64,000 nucleotides of DNA, taken from NCBI GenBank assembly GCA_964016885.1, contig OZ024743.1, positions 105,958,001 to 106,022,000 of the forward strand. Direction: 5' to 3'. The stretch comes from Eledone cirrhosa (lineage: Eukaryota). Positions within the stretch are counted from its first letter, which is position 1. Each line of letters opens with the position of its first letter. The notes below the pieces were generated by a model. It saw nothing but the letters and a program-made list of their open reading frames with translations, ran no database searches and was not told the DNA's origin. The translations under genes and the position numbers were made by a program. This document shows positions 25,011 through 38,402 of this stretch, in pieces.

Positions 25011-25885
25011 ATTGCTCCGGTTCTGTTTCTCACCGGACCGCTATGTAGATAAGAACAGAGACGAGATAACGAGAAGTTTGGCCACTCTCAGCAGAAATAT
25101 GCCGAGAAGAATCCATCTTTGAAGGTGGAGGTGGCGAACGCGTACATCGTATGTGTCATCTACTACTGGCTGATCGTCGTGCTGCCCTGCCTTCGTTCGC
25201 ACATCACCAAATTCGAATGTCTGTTATTCATCTTTTTTGTGAAAGGATCAGATCCCATTGGTGTGGTAGTGCATCTACGGCTAGCACCCTCTACGTGGAA
25301 GGCTGAATATACCGTGGCTGATGATACACAAACACGCGCTGCGGTTGCGGTATCTGCCGACATTCTGGTCAAAAGGTGAACAAGTGAGGTCTTCGTTTGA
25401 GGGTCAGCTCTTACTTTTATCTTCAATTTCTAACAGTTTGTTCTCTTGATACAATTGGTAAACACATAAAGACACATAACACACGACAAGTATAATTCTG
25501 TATCGACACAATGGAAGCCCTCCTTAATAATTCCCATACACACACACATTAATTACTATCTGGCTATTCGTATCAATAGTTAAGAACATTTTGAATTTTT
25601 AACCAAGTGAAGTCAATTGAATTCCTGACCTGTTGAACCCCACCTTCAACACCACCGTCACACCTTCATATATACACATATATATAAAACGAAATTTTGA
25701 CAGAAAACATAAATATATTGATCCTGCTCACATAATGCATCGGGATACATTTTTCACAATATTTAATATTTAATATCTAATAATTATGTCATAACATAAT
25801 TTTGAATTAAAATTCATAAGATTGGTATACCAAACAACTGCATGAAAAAGGCTTCCAAACTGACTATTTTTCATATACCACAATG

Positions 25886-26154
25886 CAAATGAGATGTAAA
25901 TATCCATTGGTATGTTACCGGTCATATGTGTTATTCACTTCGTCCACCAGCAAGCATCTGTCTGAAATTCTCAAGTAGCAGTTCATATGTGTGGGAGATA
26001 GATATTCCAATTGGCGTTGCTGCTGTGAACTTTTTTTTCATACTGGATTTTATTCACTTACATACTAATTAGAATTGGTATCACTTAGATACTAATTAGA
26101 AGTGAATAACACACATGACCGGTAACATATCAATTGATATTTACATCTCGTTTG
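25886..26154. repeat. Imperfect 56-bp inverted repeat pair (25886-25941 / 26099-26154)
   Basis: caaatgagatgtaaatatccattggtatgttaccggtcatatgtgttattcacttc versus the reverse complement of gaagtgaataacacacatgaccggtaacatatcaattgatatttacatctcgtttg. Confidence 0.85.
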
Positions 26155-26157
26155 GAT

Positions 26158-26229
26158 TTTTGTCTGAAGAGAATACGTAGGGTGGTTGTTAAACGACTGC
26201 CATATGTCTCTGACATTCGTATAACAAAA
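26158..26229 (+). ncRNA. Degenerate type I hammerhead ribozyme motif
   Basis: Stem I ttttgt/acaaaa, core CTGAAGA (26164-26170), stem II hairpin ggtggttgt/acgactgcc, GACA in place of GAAA, then ttcgta-TA. Confidence 0.55.
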
Positions 26230-26366
26230 TAATTAGGGATGTACAAATGAAATTGTCTTTCTTGTTTTAATGTTTTGACAAAACTCCGGATGAAGAAAAA
26301 TCCTGGAGTGCTTTATATTTGTTATGAAAAATCGGTGGACATTCAATCAACGAATTGTCTTCACTA

Positions 26367-26412
<46 letters not shown>

Positions 26413-26427
26413 TTATATTTATAGTAA

Positions 26428-26609
26428 TAACTGTTTCTACTTTTGGCACAATTAACCAGTTCATTACTGGTACTTTATTTTATCGACCCCGTAAGGATGA
26501 AAGGCAAAGTTAACATCAACGGGATTTGAACTCAGACCGTAAAGGGACGTAACTAGGCTGGAAAGCATGGCATCCGACACTCTACCGATACTGTCAATTC
26601 ACCGCCCTT
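26428..26609 (-). mobile_element. tRNA-derived SINE
   Basis: Reverse complement of the family sequence, with tatagtaataa flanking both ends. Confidence 0.88.
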
Positions 26610-27133
26610 ATATATAGTAATAATAATAATAATAATAAATATGAAGACTATTTCACGCATATATATATATATATATGAAGGAAATATATTGACTGAATCA
26701 TATATTGAGATATGATGTTTCAACAGTCGTCTCAGTTGTTTTTTTATATTTATGTCTTAAATCACAATTTAGTCCACGTACCGATGTACACATCAAGCCG
26801 CATTTAATGCAGATGGCAGGATTTTCAGCAGTGTCAGATATTAGATCTCGAAGATGGATCAGACGAGATTTTTTAAAGTTCTTTATACCTTCATCGTAGA
26901 GAGTCCAATATTTTTTACGATCTGAAGATAGGGATTAATATTTATGGATTTATTTAAATTGCTCTGAGTTATGTTTGACTAGTTACTCTGTAACTGAATA
27001 TATACGCATTGCAGATTATAATTGTACAGTAGGTTAGTAAAATATTGCTCTGTATCGTAGGAAACATATGTTAAACTTGTTGGGCCTGGTCCTTTTCTCC
27101 ACAAGCACTTATTTTTCTATGAGTTTAGATAAC

Positions 27134-27235
<102 letters not shown>

Positions 27236-28669
27236 GTGTGTGTGTGTGCGTGTGCGTGTGTGTGTATGTGAGTGTCCGTGTGTGTGTGTTTTATGAATGT
27301 ATGTATATGTGTGTGTGTGTGTTTAGGTGTTATTACTTTCAATAATTGATACTCTATATTCATGAGTACAGTACAAAGAAACTGAAACTAAAATTCTACC
27401 GAATATAACCTCAAATTTCATTACTTTGATACAATAATTCTGACCTGTCTGCCACTCTGTCAAACATTCATTCAAATTGTCCCTCAAGCGCCTAGAAATT
27501 GCACAAAAATATTTCGAAATCATGTCCTGCCATCCTAAAAATGAAAAGTTATTGGAATATTGAGATATCTATAAAAATATGTACAATTTATTTGATTAGG
27601 CTACATTTGGTGAAACAACATATTAAATTGAAGACATGTCATCCTGACAATCTCCGTTTTAAGTTTTCCGCTATTTTGTCATATGTAACGCCGCTCAATA
27701 AAGCCGGTGCAGGTCTCGATATGAAGAAACTAATAACTAAATAAACGAAAGGAAATCCATTTACTGTGAATCAATTCTTGTTACAGAAAAGCCTAGCTGC
27801 AACTTGATCGCAATTCTATATTTTATACTTGAGATTCATATATATGTTGTAATCATATTTCCATCTATGTTCACTCTATTTACATTTTTTTTCAAGTGGA
27901 ATTAGCTAATAAACATCATGCTAAATGAAACCCTCTCTTGAAGTCACGATGTACCCAACGGAAATGTAATAGAATTGTGAATTGATATAATTAGTTACAG
28001 ATATGTAGCATATACTGCTAGGTAAGCAGTATATGCTACATATCAATTTTGCTTAACTTATTTTTGACCACAGGTGGTAGTCACTTAACTAAATATAATA
28101 AAAACCACATGAATTGACTGACTACTACTTTGTTCTTACATTCTAAGTTTTATCTTTAATTATTTATATATTTATGATATTTATGTTTGATTTATATAGA
28201 TTTCACCGTTTAAATGTTATCACACGAAGTCAATATCGATTTGCACCCTACTGATGATAGACTAGCGCACTTAGAATGATGTCAGTTTATTAGATTAAAA
28301 GAACAAGAGATCGATTTTATATTAATTTGTTGGTGGTGTGATTTCGTTTGTATTTTGATATTTATTTCTCTTGTTTTATTCTCCTGGTCTGTAAACAATC
28401 CGCAGTTGATCAAACAAACTTCCTATGAAATGTAAAAACATAAAATAGAAACAGATAATATCAGTATCATGTATAAAATGCACAAAAGGTGATAGTTTAA
28501 TTTAATCTCGCGGAGATAGGTGTTAATTTACTTAAACAATATTTTCTTATTCTACGGTCTAAATTACTAATCAATATCTGCCCCCTTTCCAAAACACAAA
28601 ATATAAAGATCAACATCGAAACCAACAAAAAATTAATACAAATTCACACAAACATAAATACATACATTG

Positions 28670-28673
28670 ACAT

Positions 28674-28766
<93 letters not shown>

Positions 28767-28784
28767 CATATATATATATATATA

Positions 28785-28842
<58 letters not shown>

Positions 28843-29012
28843 GGAGAGAGAGAGAGAGAGAGAGTTAGATATAGCTATAGATAGGCACACACACACATAT
28901 ACATATATACATATAAATATAGATATAAATATATATATAAATATACCCACACACACACACACACACTCTCTCTGTCTCTCACACCCACAAACACACATAT
29001 ATATATATATAT
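28670..29012. repeat. Compound (CA)n/(TA)n/(GA)n microsatellite block
   Basis: Read directly. It explains the poly-YI/HT/RE ORFs. Confidence 0.95.
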
Positions 29013-29485
29013 ATTATTTATATGCCCTGCTTATTTTTATTCATATCAGTTAAGGCCATTTATTACCCTTCTTCGAAGCATTTAGCTATAGTTGTTATAT
29101 GTGATCCCATTCATCAAAGGGAAATTAATATGACAAACACAATGTAATTATGGGCGATATCAAAGAAAAACCGTACAGCATATTTATTTGATATTTTTTT
29201 AATAATACGTGGCGGAGTTTTTATTCACTTTCATTGGAAATATTCTGTCAGATGACTGGCGCATAAAATATAAAGAAAAAATCGTCTGCTATATGTTACA
29301 ATTCCTGATTATGACTGTCCCAAAATACTAGATTCCCCCCACATAGTGGATACAACTATGAGTACTAGAACTGTATCTTTCTTTCTCTCTCACCCCACTC
29401 TCTTTATCTTCATCGCCTCTCCTCGCTCTCTCAATCTTTGTCTACCCCCTCTCTCTCTCTATATATATAAAAATATAAATATATT

Positions 29486-29557
<72 letters not shown>

Positions 29558-29615
29558 CACACATACACCAAAATACATACATACATACATACATATATAT
29601 ATATATGGTCATTTA

Positions 29616-29979
29616 ACTGTTGTGCGTCACAACGCAAATCGCCATGATACTAATCGATGACAGTAAATAATATTTGAGAAAATGGATAATGAACACAAGA
29701 AGACGCAAAAATGCGTTTTATTGACACCTGCGAGAAATCGAATCTAACATCACCCGTTTGCCGGTCGAGTACGTTAACCATTACTCTAAAGATCCACTGA
29801 CCACAGTCTTCGTCGTTTAGAAGTCTTTTAAGGTTGAAATGTAAACAATATGGTTGATATTCTGTCTTCGCATCACTTCCACGTATTTCCTCCTCCAGAG
29901 GTATTTTACCTTATTTTCTCAACTATTATTTGTAATGTTAGACGTTTATTTTTGTCATTTGCGTTGGGACGCAAACAGT
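29616..29979. mobile_element. ~360-bp element bounded by ~24-bp inverted hairpin repeats and carrying a tRNA-like module
   Basis: actgttgtgcgtcacaacgcaaat (29616-29639) versus atttgcgttgggacgcaaacagt (29957-29979), with an internal tRNA-like sequence on the minus strand. Confidence 0.6.
29722..29795 (-). pseudogene. tRNA-like sequence (tRNA pseudogene or SINE head)
   Basis: The minus strand reads ggatctttagagtaatggttaacgtactcgaccggcaaacgggtgatgttagattcgatttctcgcaggtgtca. It has A-box-like TAGAGTAATGG and B-box-like GATTCGATT at tRNA spacing, but the acceptor and T stems pair poorly. Confidence 0.6.
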
Positions 29980-30667
29980 AAGCAATTTCTCACTGCCTAG
30001 ACATGCACTAGAAATATATGAATAAAGAAATCTTAAATGTTAAACTTGAACATTGGTTCATTTTATTTTTAAGGACTGAAGATCATTCGAATTCTGACTC
30101 TTTTTTGTCAAGCTGACAGAATGAAGATGAACTATAAATAACATTCGTATAATCCAAGTTAAATGGCATCAGGCAAAAATGTGATCTGAACCGTATGCGG
30201 TTATCAAAAGATGCATTTTTCCTACCCCAGACAAAACTATTTATTTGGCAGGGTGTTCGACAACCTATCTATAATGTATCACGATAGCTTATTATCTACA
30301 TATATTCACGCATACATATGCACGCACTCATACAAACAATCACACAGGCAGATATACACGTACATACATATTTACACATATATCATTTTATCGACACCGA
30401 ATTCGGAAATCTCCAGTTACATAAGTCATTCAGATGGTTTTTCAAAAGGAAAAAAAGAAAACAAAACAAAAAACAAACTACAAACCATGTTAAACACATG
30501 GCAATGTCGCATATACATTACTGCGTATTTGGATGTTTCCGCCATGGGTCTGACATAAAGTAATATATATATATATGCCTCTATAGTTAGGTATCATTCT
30601 TTAGTGATCATTCTTTAGGATCATTCTTTAATGATTACAATCCGACACTCAGGACAGAATAGGTCTC

Positions 30668-30800
30668 ATTCCTGGGTGTGTCACTATTTATAAAACAAAC
30701 TTCGTATTTCATCTGATGAGTGCGTACCAAAGTATATAATAGATATATAATATAATAAATATGGTTTTATAAATATAGTTTCCATTTATTAATATCATTG
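30668..30800 (+). mobile_element. Family A hammerhead module with the 3' half of stem II and GAAA deleted
   Basis: ctatttataaaacaaacttcgtatttcatCTGATGA...aataaatatggttttataaatatagtttccatttattaatatcattg, then (TA)n. Confidence 0.7.
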
Positions 30801-30938
30801 ATATATATATATACGAGATATATATATATATTTACATATATAATTTAAATTAAATGGTATATGTATTGAAAGAGAGAGAGAGAGAGAGATAGAGAGAGAG
30901 AGGGAGAGAGAGGAGGATATGAAAAGAGAGAAACACAT

Positions 30939-31036
<98 letters not shown>

Positions 31037-31363
31037 CATAATATTTTGGAAACATGATATCCTTTAAACTAGAAAAGCCATTATTATCCTTGTCGTACCG
31101 TTTCATAGTTTGCAAACCGAAGCAATAATCGATTATCGATTCTCAACTATTGATTTTGATACACCTAGGGAAGACGGGAAACTAGTGATAAGTCGTCAAT
31201 ACAGTACAAGACACCTTTATATATGTCAAGAGTCGAGTGATAGTAAAAGCGATACACCGCATACGAAAATAATGGCTTTTCCACCTTATAGTATGTACCT
31301 TTTACTCAATATTATGTGTTACATATATGCATGTACAAAATATTATGTGTTTCTCCAACGATA

Positions 31364-32572
31364 TAGGTGCGGACGGTATTTGAGGACACATTATTTTATT
31401 TGACTAATCTTTATTGAACTTCTATTTCAGAAAATACAATGAAAATAACTATGCTTACTAATGAAATGAAATGGCATGTTGTGATTGTTACTTTGATGGC
31501 TAAGCATGGTGATTTAGATATTTCTCATTTTCTGAAAGTTGCAAGATCTTTTGTCTACAAGATACGGTGTGAGTTACAGAAAGAAGATGGAAGCGTATTA
31601 CCTGTATCAAAATGTTAAAAACATTCCAAACACTCTGATTCTCTCAGGACACCTGAATTTATTCAGGAAGTTAAACAAGACATTGATGACAATCCAGTAA
31701 AATCAATGAGGTCAATTGCAAAAAATGTTAGTGTGTCAGAAAAAACAATCAGAAATGTTGTTCATAAAAACATCAGATACAAAACTTACGTGATGAGCAG
31801 AGGTCAATTCATGTAAGAAGAAAAACAAAAACAAAAAAAAAACGTTTAATCAGATCCAAAAGAGTTTTGAACAAATTTAAAAATCCATCAGAAGTTGATG
31901 TGATTTGATTTTTCTCATCTGAGCAAACCTTGCTATGTGCAGAATCTTATGAGGTTCCAAAACGCAACATTTCCTGCAAGTGTCATGGTTTGGGGTGTTG
32001 TTAGCAATGAAGGACACGTGATGCCTCCTCAATTTTATCCACAAGGCCTTAGGGTGAATGCTGCTCCGTATATTGAGGTTGTGGATAAAGTTGGTAAGTC
32101 TTGGATCAACAGTGTGTGCAATGGAAGGCCTTATGTCTTTCAACAAGATTCTACATCATCACACAAGGCTCAATTGACACAAGAATTGATGGCTGACAAT
32201 TTGCAACATCACATCACCTCCAACATTTGGCCTCCTAATTCTCCAGATCTCAATCCACTGGACTACTATGAATGGGGCATCGTTGAGAAACATGTCAATG
32301 AACACCCCCATATCACCAAAGATTCTTTGAAAGCTGCAATAGTTCGAGTCTGTCTGATATGAACACGGAGCACTTAATCCGAACATGTAAACGATTTCGA
32401 CCTCCCGTAGAGTTAGTTATTCATGCTTATGGTGGTTTTATTGAATGAAATTATTAAATTAATAATTCAGCTTTATGTTTATGTTATTTTTATAAGGATA
32501 CAGTCTTTTTCTGTTATATAAGCGTTTTTTTTTCTAACCTTAAATATGTCCTCAAATACCGTCCGCAACCTG
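31364..32572 (+). mobile_element. Tc1/mariner superfamily DNA transposon, DD37D (maT-type), defective
   Basis: ~30-bp TIRs (taggtgcggacggtatttgaggacacatt at 31364-31392 and aatatgtcctcaaataccgtccgcaacctg at 32543-32572) with TA on both sides, enclosing a transposase remnant. Confidence 0.92.
31937..32362 (+). pseudogene. Transposase catalytic-domain remnant
   Basis: VMVWGVVS, FQQD and WPPNSPDLNPLDY, with 37 residues between the second and third Asp. The N-terminal part (~31450-31930) is broken by stops and a deletion. Confidence 0.88.
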
Positions 32573-32860
32573 TACCTATATATTTTAATTTCAATTATTA
32601 TTGCTCTGGGCCAACGTCCATTGAAATGTTCTACTGGGAAACAATCATCTTACATATTATATATGTTATGATACCTTAATATAGAATATAACTGCTCTAA
32701 ATTCCTAATTTATTGTGCTGCTTAAACTGTAAATAGTACTTATCACATAGCCCTTCATATTACCTATTACCACATTCAACTGTGTCAAGTATCGAGTACT
32801 CTGGTAAGTAATCATCTAACTGGTTTTCACTGCATCCATTCTGACACACACTATATATAT

Positions 32861-33240
32861 ATAAATTATTAAAAAAATAATGAATAAACAAAGAAACAGT
32901 TCCTTATGTTAAACAAAAAAAGTTCATTATTTTACGATCGTTTCTAGGACATATATGTGTTAGAATTGGTATGCATATTCAAAAGATCTATGTACAAAAT
33001 TATACAAACTATCAGAGGGAATATACATACCTTCACATATATATGCTGTCTTCAGAAATAATATGTATAGGTATGTATATTCCCTCTGATAGTTTGTATA
33101 ATTTTGTACATAGATCTTTTGAATATGCATACCAATTCTAACACATATATGTCCTAGAAACGATCGTAAAATAATGAACTTTTTTTGTTTAATATAAGGA
33201 ACTGTTTCTTTGTTTATTCATTATTTTTTTAATAATTTAT
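32861..33240. repeat. Near-perfect fold-back: 180-bp arms (32861-33040 / 33061-33240) with a 20-bp spacer
   Basis: The arms are reverse complements with about three mismatches seen by eye. Confidence 0.95.
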
Positions 33241-33372
33241 CTTGACTCTGTTTTCCGTTTATCTTTCACCGAAAGTGATTTTTGAATGCATCTCTTCTTT
33301 TCATGATATCCGGATTACATTGAGTTCTTCATACGGATTGGACACTACCGTAAACTTTTGGTAGATTTATCT

Positions 33373-33592
<220 letters not shown>

Positions 33593-33840
33593 AATGTAAC
33601 GTCCGTATACATTTTATATGTACCTCACTATAAGTTACTCTCCAACATTGCGCTTTGTATTAAGATAATCTATATATTTCTGTACGCACAAACCTATGTC
33701 TATTGGTTTCTATGTGTGCTTACAGGCACGCATACAGCTGAATCCCTATTACGCACACTTTTCTATAATAAAGGTGCCCTTAATTATTATTCTTCATTCA
33801 AGCAAGAAACTACTAGCTACTACCACTACTACTACTGCAG

Positions 33841-33875
<35 letters not shown>

Positions 33876-33912
33876 GTCATTGTTGCTGTTGCTGCTATTA
33901 CTTCTCATCCTA

Positions 33913-34545
33913 ATAATTGTCTCTCCCTTTGGCAACAAGGCTGGCAATTTTGGGGACTGGGAAAGCCGATTAAATCGACTCCAGTGCCTTACTGGAGGTT
34001 TATATTATCGACCCCATAGGGATGAACGGCAAAGCTAACCTCGGCGGTATTTGAACTCAGATCGTAAAAGAGCGTAACCCTATGTCATAAAGCATACTGT
34101 CCGAGGCTCTACCGCTACTGCCAATCTACAGCCCTGCTTCTACTACGAACAATGAAAATGTCTTCCGATTTAGATACAAAGCCAAATATTTTGTGTGACG
34201 GAAAACACTATTATCTTGACCCCTGCGCTTTTTTGATACTTTGTTTTATCGATGCCCTAAGCTATTCTCGGCGGGATATGAAATATAAACGAAAAAGGAC
34301 GTAGCTATAAGCTGTAAAGCATGTTATTTGATGGATTACAGATAGTGCCCTAACAATTGTTTCTACTATTGGCATAAGGCCAGCAATTAACCAGTACATT
34401 ACTGGTACCTTATTTTATTGACCCTGTAAGGATGAAAGGCAAAGTTAACCTCGGCGGGATTTGAACTCAGAATGGCAAGGGCCGTAACTCTATGCGTCAA
34501 AGCATGGCGTCCGACCCTCTACCAATACTGCCAATCCACCGCCAT
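33913..34545 (-). mobile_element. Cluster of three minus-strand SINE copies (33913-34135 long variant, ~34160-34330 degenerate, 34353-34543)
   Basis: Reverse complements of the SINE family at different degrees of divergence. Confidence 0.82.
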
Positions 34546-35037
34546 AATAATAATAACAATATATATATCTGTATGTGCGTCTGCATATGTGAGGAATTTG
34601 TACAGGTCTAAAAAAATGTTATAGGGCAGAATGACTTTAGCGCATAATTATACCCCAAATATATAATACTGGACACGTTAGGTCATTGGTCCCTTTTGAC
34701 ATCCACCCCACACATACATACACTGTCACAAACACATACAACCGTATTATGCACGGACACAATCTCCTATATGTACCAGCACAAACACATATAGTCAGAA
34801 CATCAATTATACGCACTCACAAACTCACACTTAATCACACATGCACACAAATACACTCAAGTACACACATATCTAATTATCTTCTTCCGTGTCTCTATAT
34901 GAAATATGTATTCATTTTCGCTGTCGTTCCCTCATTTATATAAATGGAACTTTCATATATATAATTTTTTTTTTCTTAATGTCTTTATTTCTTTCCCTTT
35001 CTTGAAATCCCCGCTTTCATTATTTCTATATTTAAAA

Positions 35038-35464
35038 GGGCGGCGGATTGGCAGTATCGGTAGAGAGTCGGACGCCATGCGTTCCAACATAGGAACGTCT
35101 CTTTACGGTCTGAGTTCAAATCCCGCCGAGGTTAACTTTGCCTTTCATCCTTACGGGGACGATAACATAAAGTACCAGTAATTTACTGGGTAATTTGCTG
35201 GCCTTGTGCCAAAAGTAGAAACAAGTATTTCTATATTTATAAGGGGGGCGGATTGGCAGTATCGGTAGAGGGTCAGACGCCATGCTTTGCAGTTTAGAGT
35301 TACGGCCCTCTATGATCTGAGTTCAAATCCCGCCGAGGATAACTTAACCTTTCCTTCTTACGGGGTCGATAAAATAAGGTACTAGACACGCACTGGGATC
35401 GATTTCATCGACTTTCCTCACCTTCAAAATTACTGGCCTTGTGCCTGTAAAAGAAACCATTATT
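35038..35464 (+). mobile_element. Two tandem SINE copies (35038-35224 short variant, 35243-35464 long variant)
   Basis: Family sequence. tatttctatattta is duplicated around the first copy. The second copy has an extra ~30-nt segment before ctggccttgtgcc. Confidence 0.88.
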
Positions 35465-35619
35465 CTTTATCGGTTTTGTTTTTGTACCTACTGTTATATG
35501 ACATGCTAAAGATATGTTCCAAAAGGTATTGTCAGTGATGACGAATGCACGAGTATTTTATATAATAGTTTTATGTAATAGGACGAGAAGTATTAACATT
35601 ACCACAGTTATACATAATA

Positions 35620-36490
<871 letters not shown>

Positions 36491-37484
36491 GAATTCATAA
36501 ATTTCTGGTTGGTTGGTTGGTTCCACGACCAGACGATTGTTCATATATTGTCAAAGTTCTTTCGTCACACATTCTGTGACTTCTTCGGTGATTGGGGATT
36601 ATTTTCTTTGTTTTTGTGCCTCTCCTTTGTTCTGTCCTACGCCATCTTTTTTTGTGTGTTTTGTGTGCTTAGTTTGCGCATGTGTTACATCCGGGTGTCT
36701 GTGTGTGTTTATATTTGTTTATTTATTTGTTTATTTACATGTTACTGGTTGGTATGTTACTGTTTATTTATTTGTTTATTTACATGTTACTGGTTGGTTG
36801 TTTGTTCTATGTGTGTGTGTGTTTTCATGTTGTCCTTAATTGTAAGTTGTGATGTTGCTATTCCATTCATGCTTTCTATTTAATTTTGGTTAAGTCACAT
36901 TTCATCTATATACATTTTTAAGTATCAAGAAAGCAGCCCCCTTAAACTGCTAGAAACAGCAAACATTAAATTTACAAAACAAACAAATAAAGAACGCAAA
37001 TAATTAGACTGAAAACAAGAATCTTCCATTACAAAAATAAAATTAAAAATTGTCTAATTAACTGGGGAAAATACATAAACATTATTTGTTCCCACCCGAG
37101 AGACTAATTAGGTACAATAATTAGCACTAGTCTGGTCTTGTTTGTCGCAAGATTTTTGCCAACGACAAAATATTTTCTTTACCAAGGGAGAATAAAAATA
37201 CATCTAAATAAATCTTCTAAAATAATCTAATAATTTCTATATTTCTAAGATATCTCGAAAAAAATATCAATAAATGTGTCATGGGATTATCTATTTTCTA
37301 TTATTCCTATACACAAACACATGAATACACACACACACAAATATATATATATGCAGAAGTATTTAATTTGTTGGAAGTCTGACAAACATAAATATTTGTA
37401 ACTGATTTAGAGCACTCAACAAGTAACTGGAGTAAATATTCAATGATATTAAATAAATGGAAACTATATTTATAAAACCATATT

Positions 37485-37549
37485 CATTTTATTATATATA
37501 TTTCAAGGGCAACCAAAACACCATTGGTGCGCTTTCATCAGATAAAATA
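37485..37549 (-). ncRNA. Minimal type I hammerhead ribozyme (family A)
   Basis: Minus strand: tattttat-CTGATGA-aagcgcaccaatggtgttttggttgccctt-GAAA-tatata-TA-ataaaatg. Confidence 0.8.
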
Positions 37550-37629
37550 CAAAGTTTGTTTTATAAATAGAGACGTACACATCAAAATCATACCTTATCG
37601 GTAGGTCTCTATTTATAAAACAAACTTTG

Positions 37630-37694
37630 TATTTTATCTGATGAAAGTGCACCAATGGTGTCTTGGTTGCCCTTGAAATATATATAATAAAATA
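37630..37694 (+). ncRNA. Minimal type I hammerhead ribozyme (family A)
   Basis: Stem I tattttat/ataaaata (8 bp), CTGATGA 37638-37644, stem II aagtgcaccaa/ttggttgccctt, GAAA 37675-37678, palindromic TATATA, UA. Predicted cleavage is after 37686. Confidence 0.82.
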
Positions 37695-37733
37695 AATATG
37701 GTTTTATAAATATAGTTTCCATTTATTTAATAT

Positions 37734-37784
<51 letters not shown>

Positions 37785-37811
37785 TTTACATATATATATA
37801 CATATATATAT

Positions 37812-38253
37812 ACGTGTTTTGCAACTGGTCACTTTGTGGCTCAATGAAAAAATTAATAAATTAAATAATCAGAGCTATATATCATAAAACATGTCTATAG
37901 AATCACAAGATAAAATATATACCATTTCCTCTCCCAATTAGCATAATTAACTATATAAAAATGAGGCTTCTATGAAGAAATCTCCGACAAATAACCGAAA
38001 CTAGCCCTTCGCGTCGGCCGCAGCGGAATATTTATCGAATATCTCGACAGCGTAATCGCCCAGATACAGTCAACTAAACAGAATTAGGTGTAAAATAAAC
38101 TAGGAGAAAATAGAATATATTTAAATACCTCTACCATGGTTTCGTCCGTATTTTGAGATTTCCAATAATTATGTAATAATTTTGAATGAATTCTTGGCGC
38201 GATCACTTTGGAAAATTTAGTGTCTAAATAAGAGCGAACTTCCTGATGAATCC
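37812..38253. mobile_element. Family B module: minus-strand copy (37812-38168) followed by a short plus-strand piece (~38180-38253), with a split hammerhead
   Basis: Homologous to 62485-62868 and 63140-63212. ggac-GAAA-ccatgg-TA-gaggta is on the minus strand (38126-38147) and aacttc-CTGATGA-atcc is on the plus strand (38237-38253). Confidence 0.78.
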
Positions 38254-38302
38254 ATAACGCACCAACGTACTCAATACTTAGGGTAGTAGAGTGGGTAATA
38301 GG

Positions 38303-38402
38303 AACGAGTAGGACCCCGACGGCTGAGCTCAAGCTGTTTCGACAGCTAATTCTGGACAGCCGTCGAAACGGCTTGAGCTCAGCCGCTGGGGTCCTACTCG
38401 TT
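38303..38402. repeat. GC-rich hairpin with 45-bp arms and a 10-nt loop
   Basis: aacgagtaggaccccgacggctgagctcaagctgtttcgacagct / agccgtcgaaacggcttgagctcagccgctggggtcctactcgtt. Confidence 0.9.

Larger units (their letters stand above)
37441..37738. repeat. Inverted pair of family A modules (37441-37578 / 37601-37738), each carrying a hammerhead
   Basis: 138-bp arms are reverse complements with few mismatches. The spacer is 22 bp and (TA)n follows the right arm. Confidence 0.93.

Noticed and set aside
28245-28290. CTGATGA...GAAT hammerhead-like text
   Set aside because: There is no convincing stem I or stem II pairing.
30070-30156. CTGAAGA followed by a hairpin and acattcgtataatcc, echoing the 26158 motif
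   Set aside because: GAAA is absent and the stem I register is off by one, so it is too weak to call.
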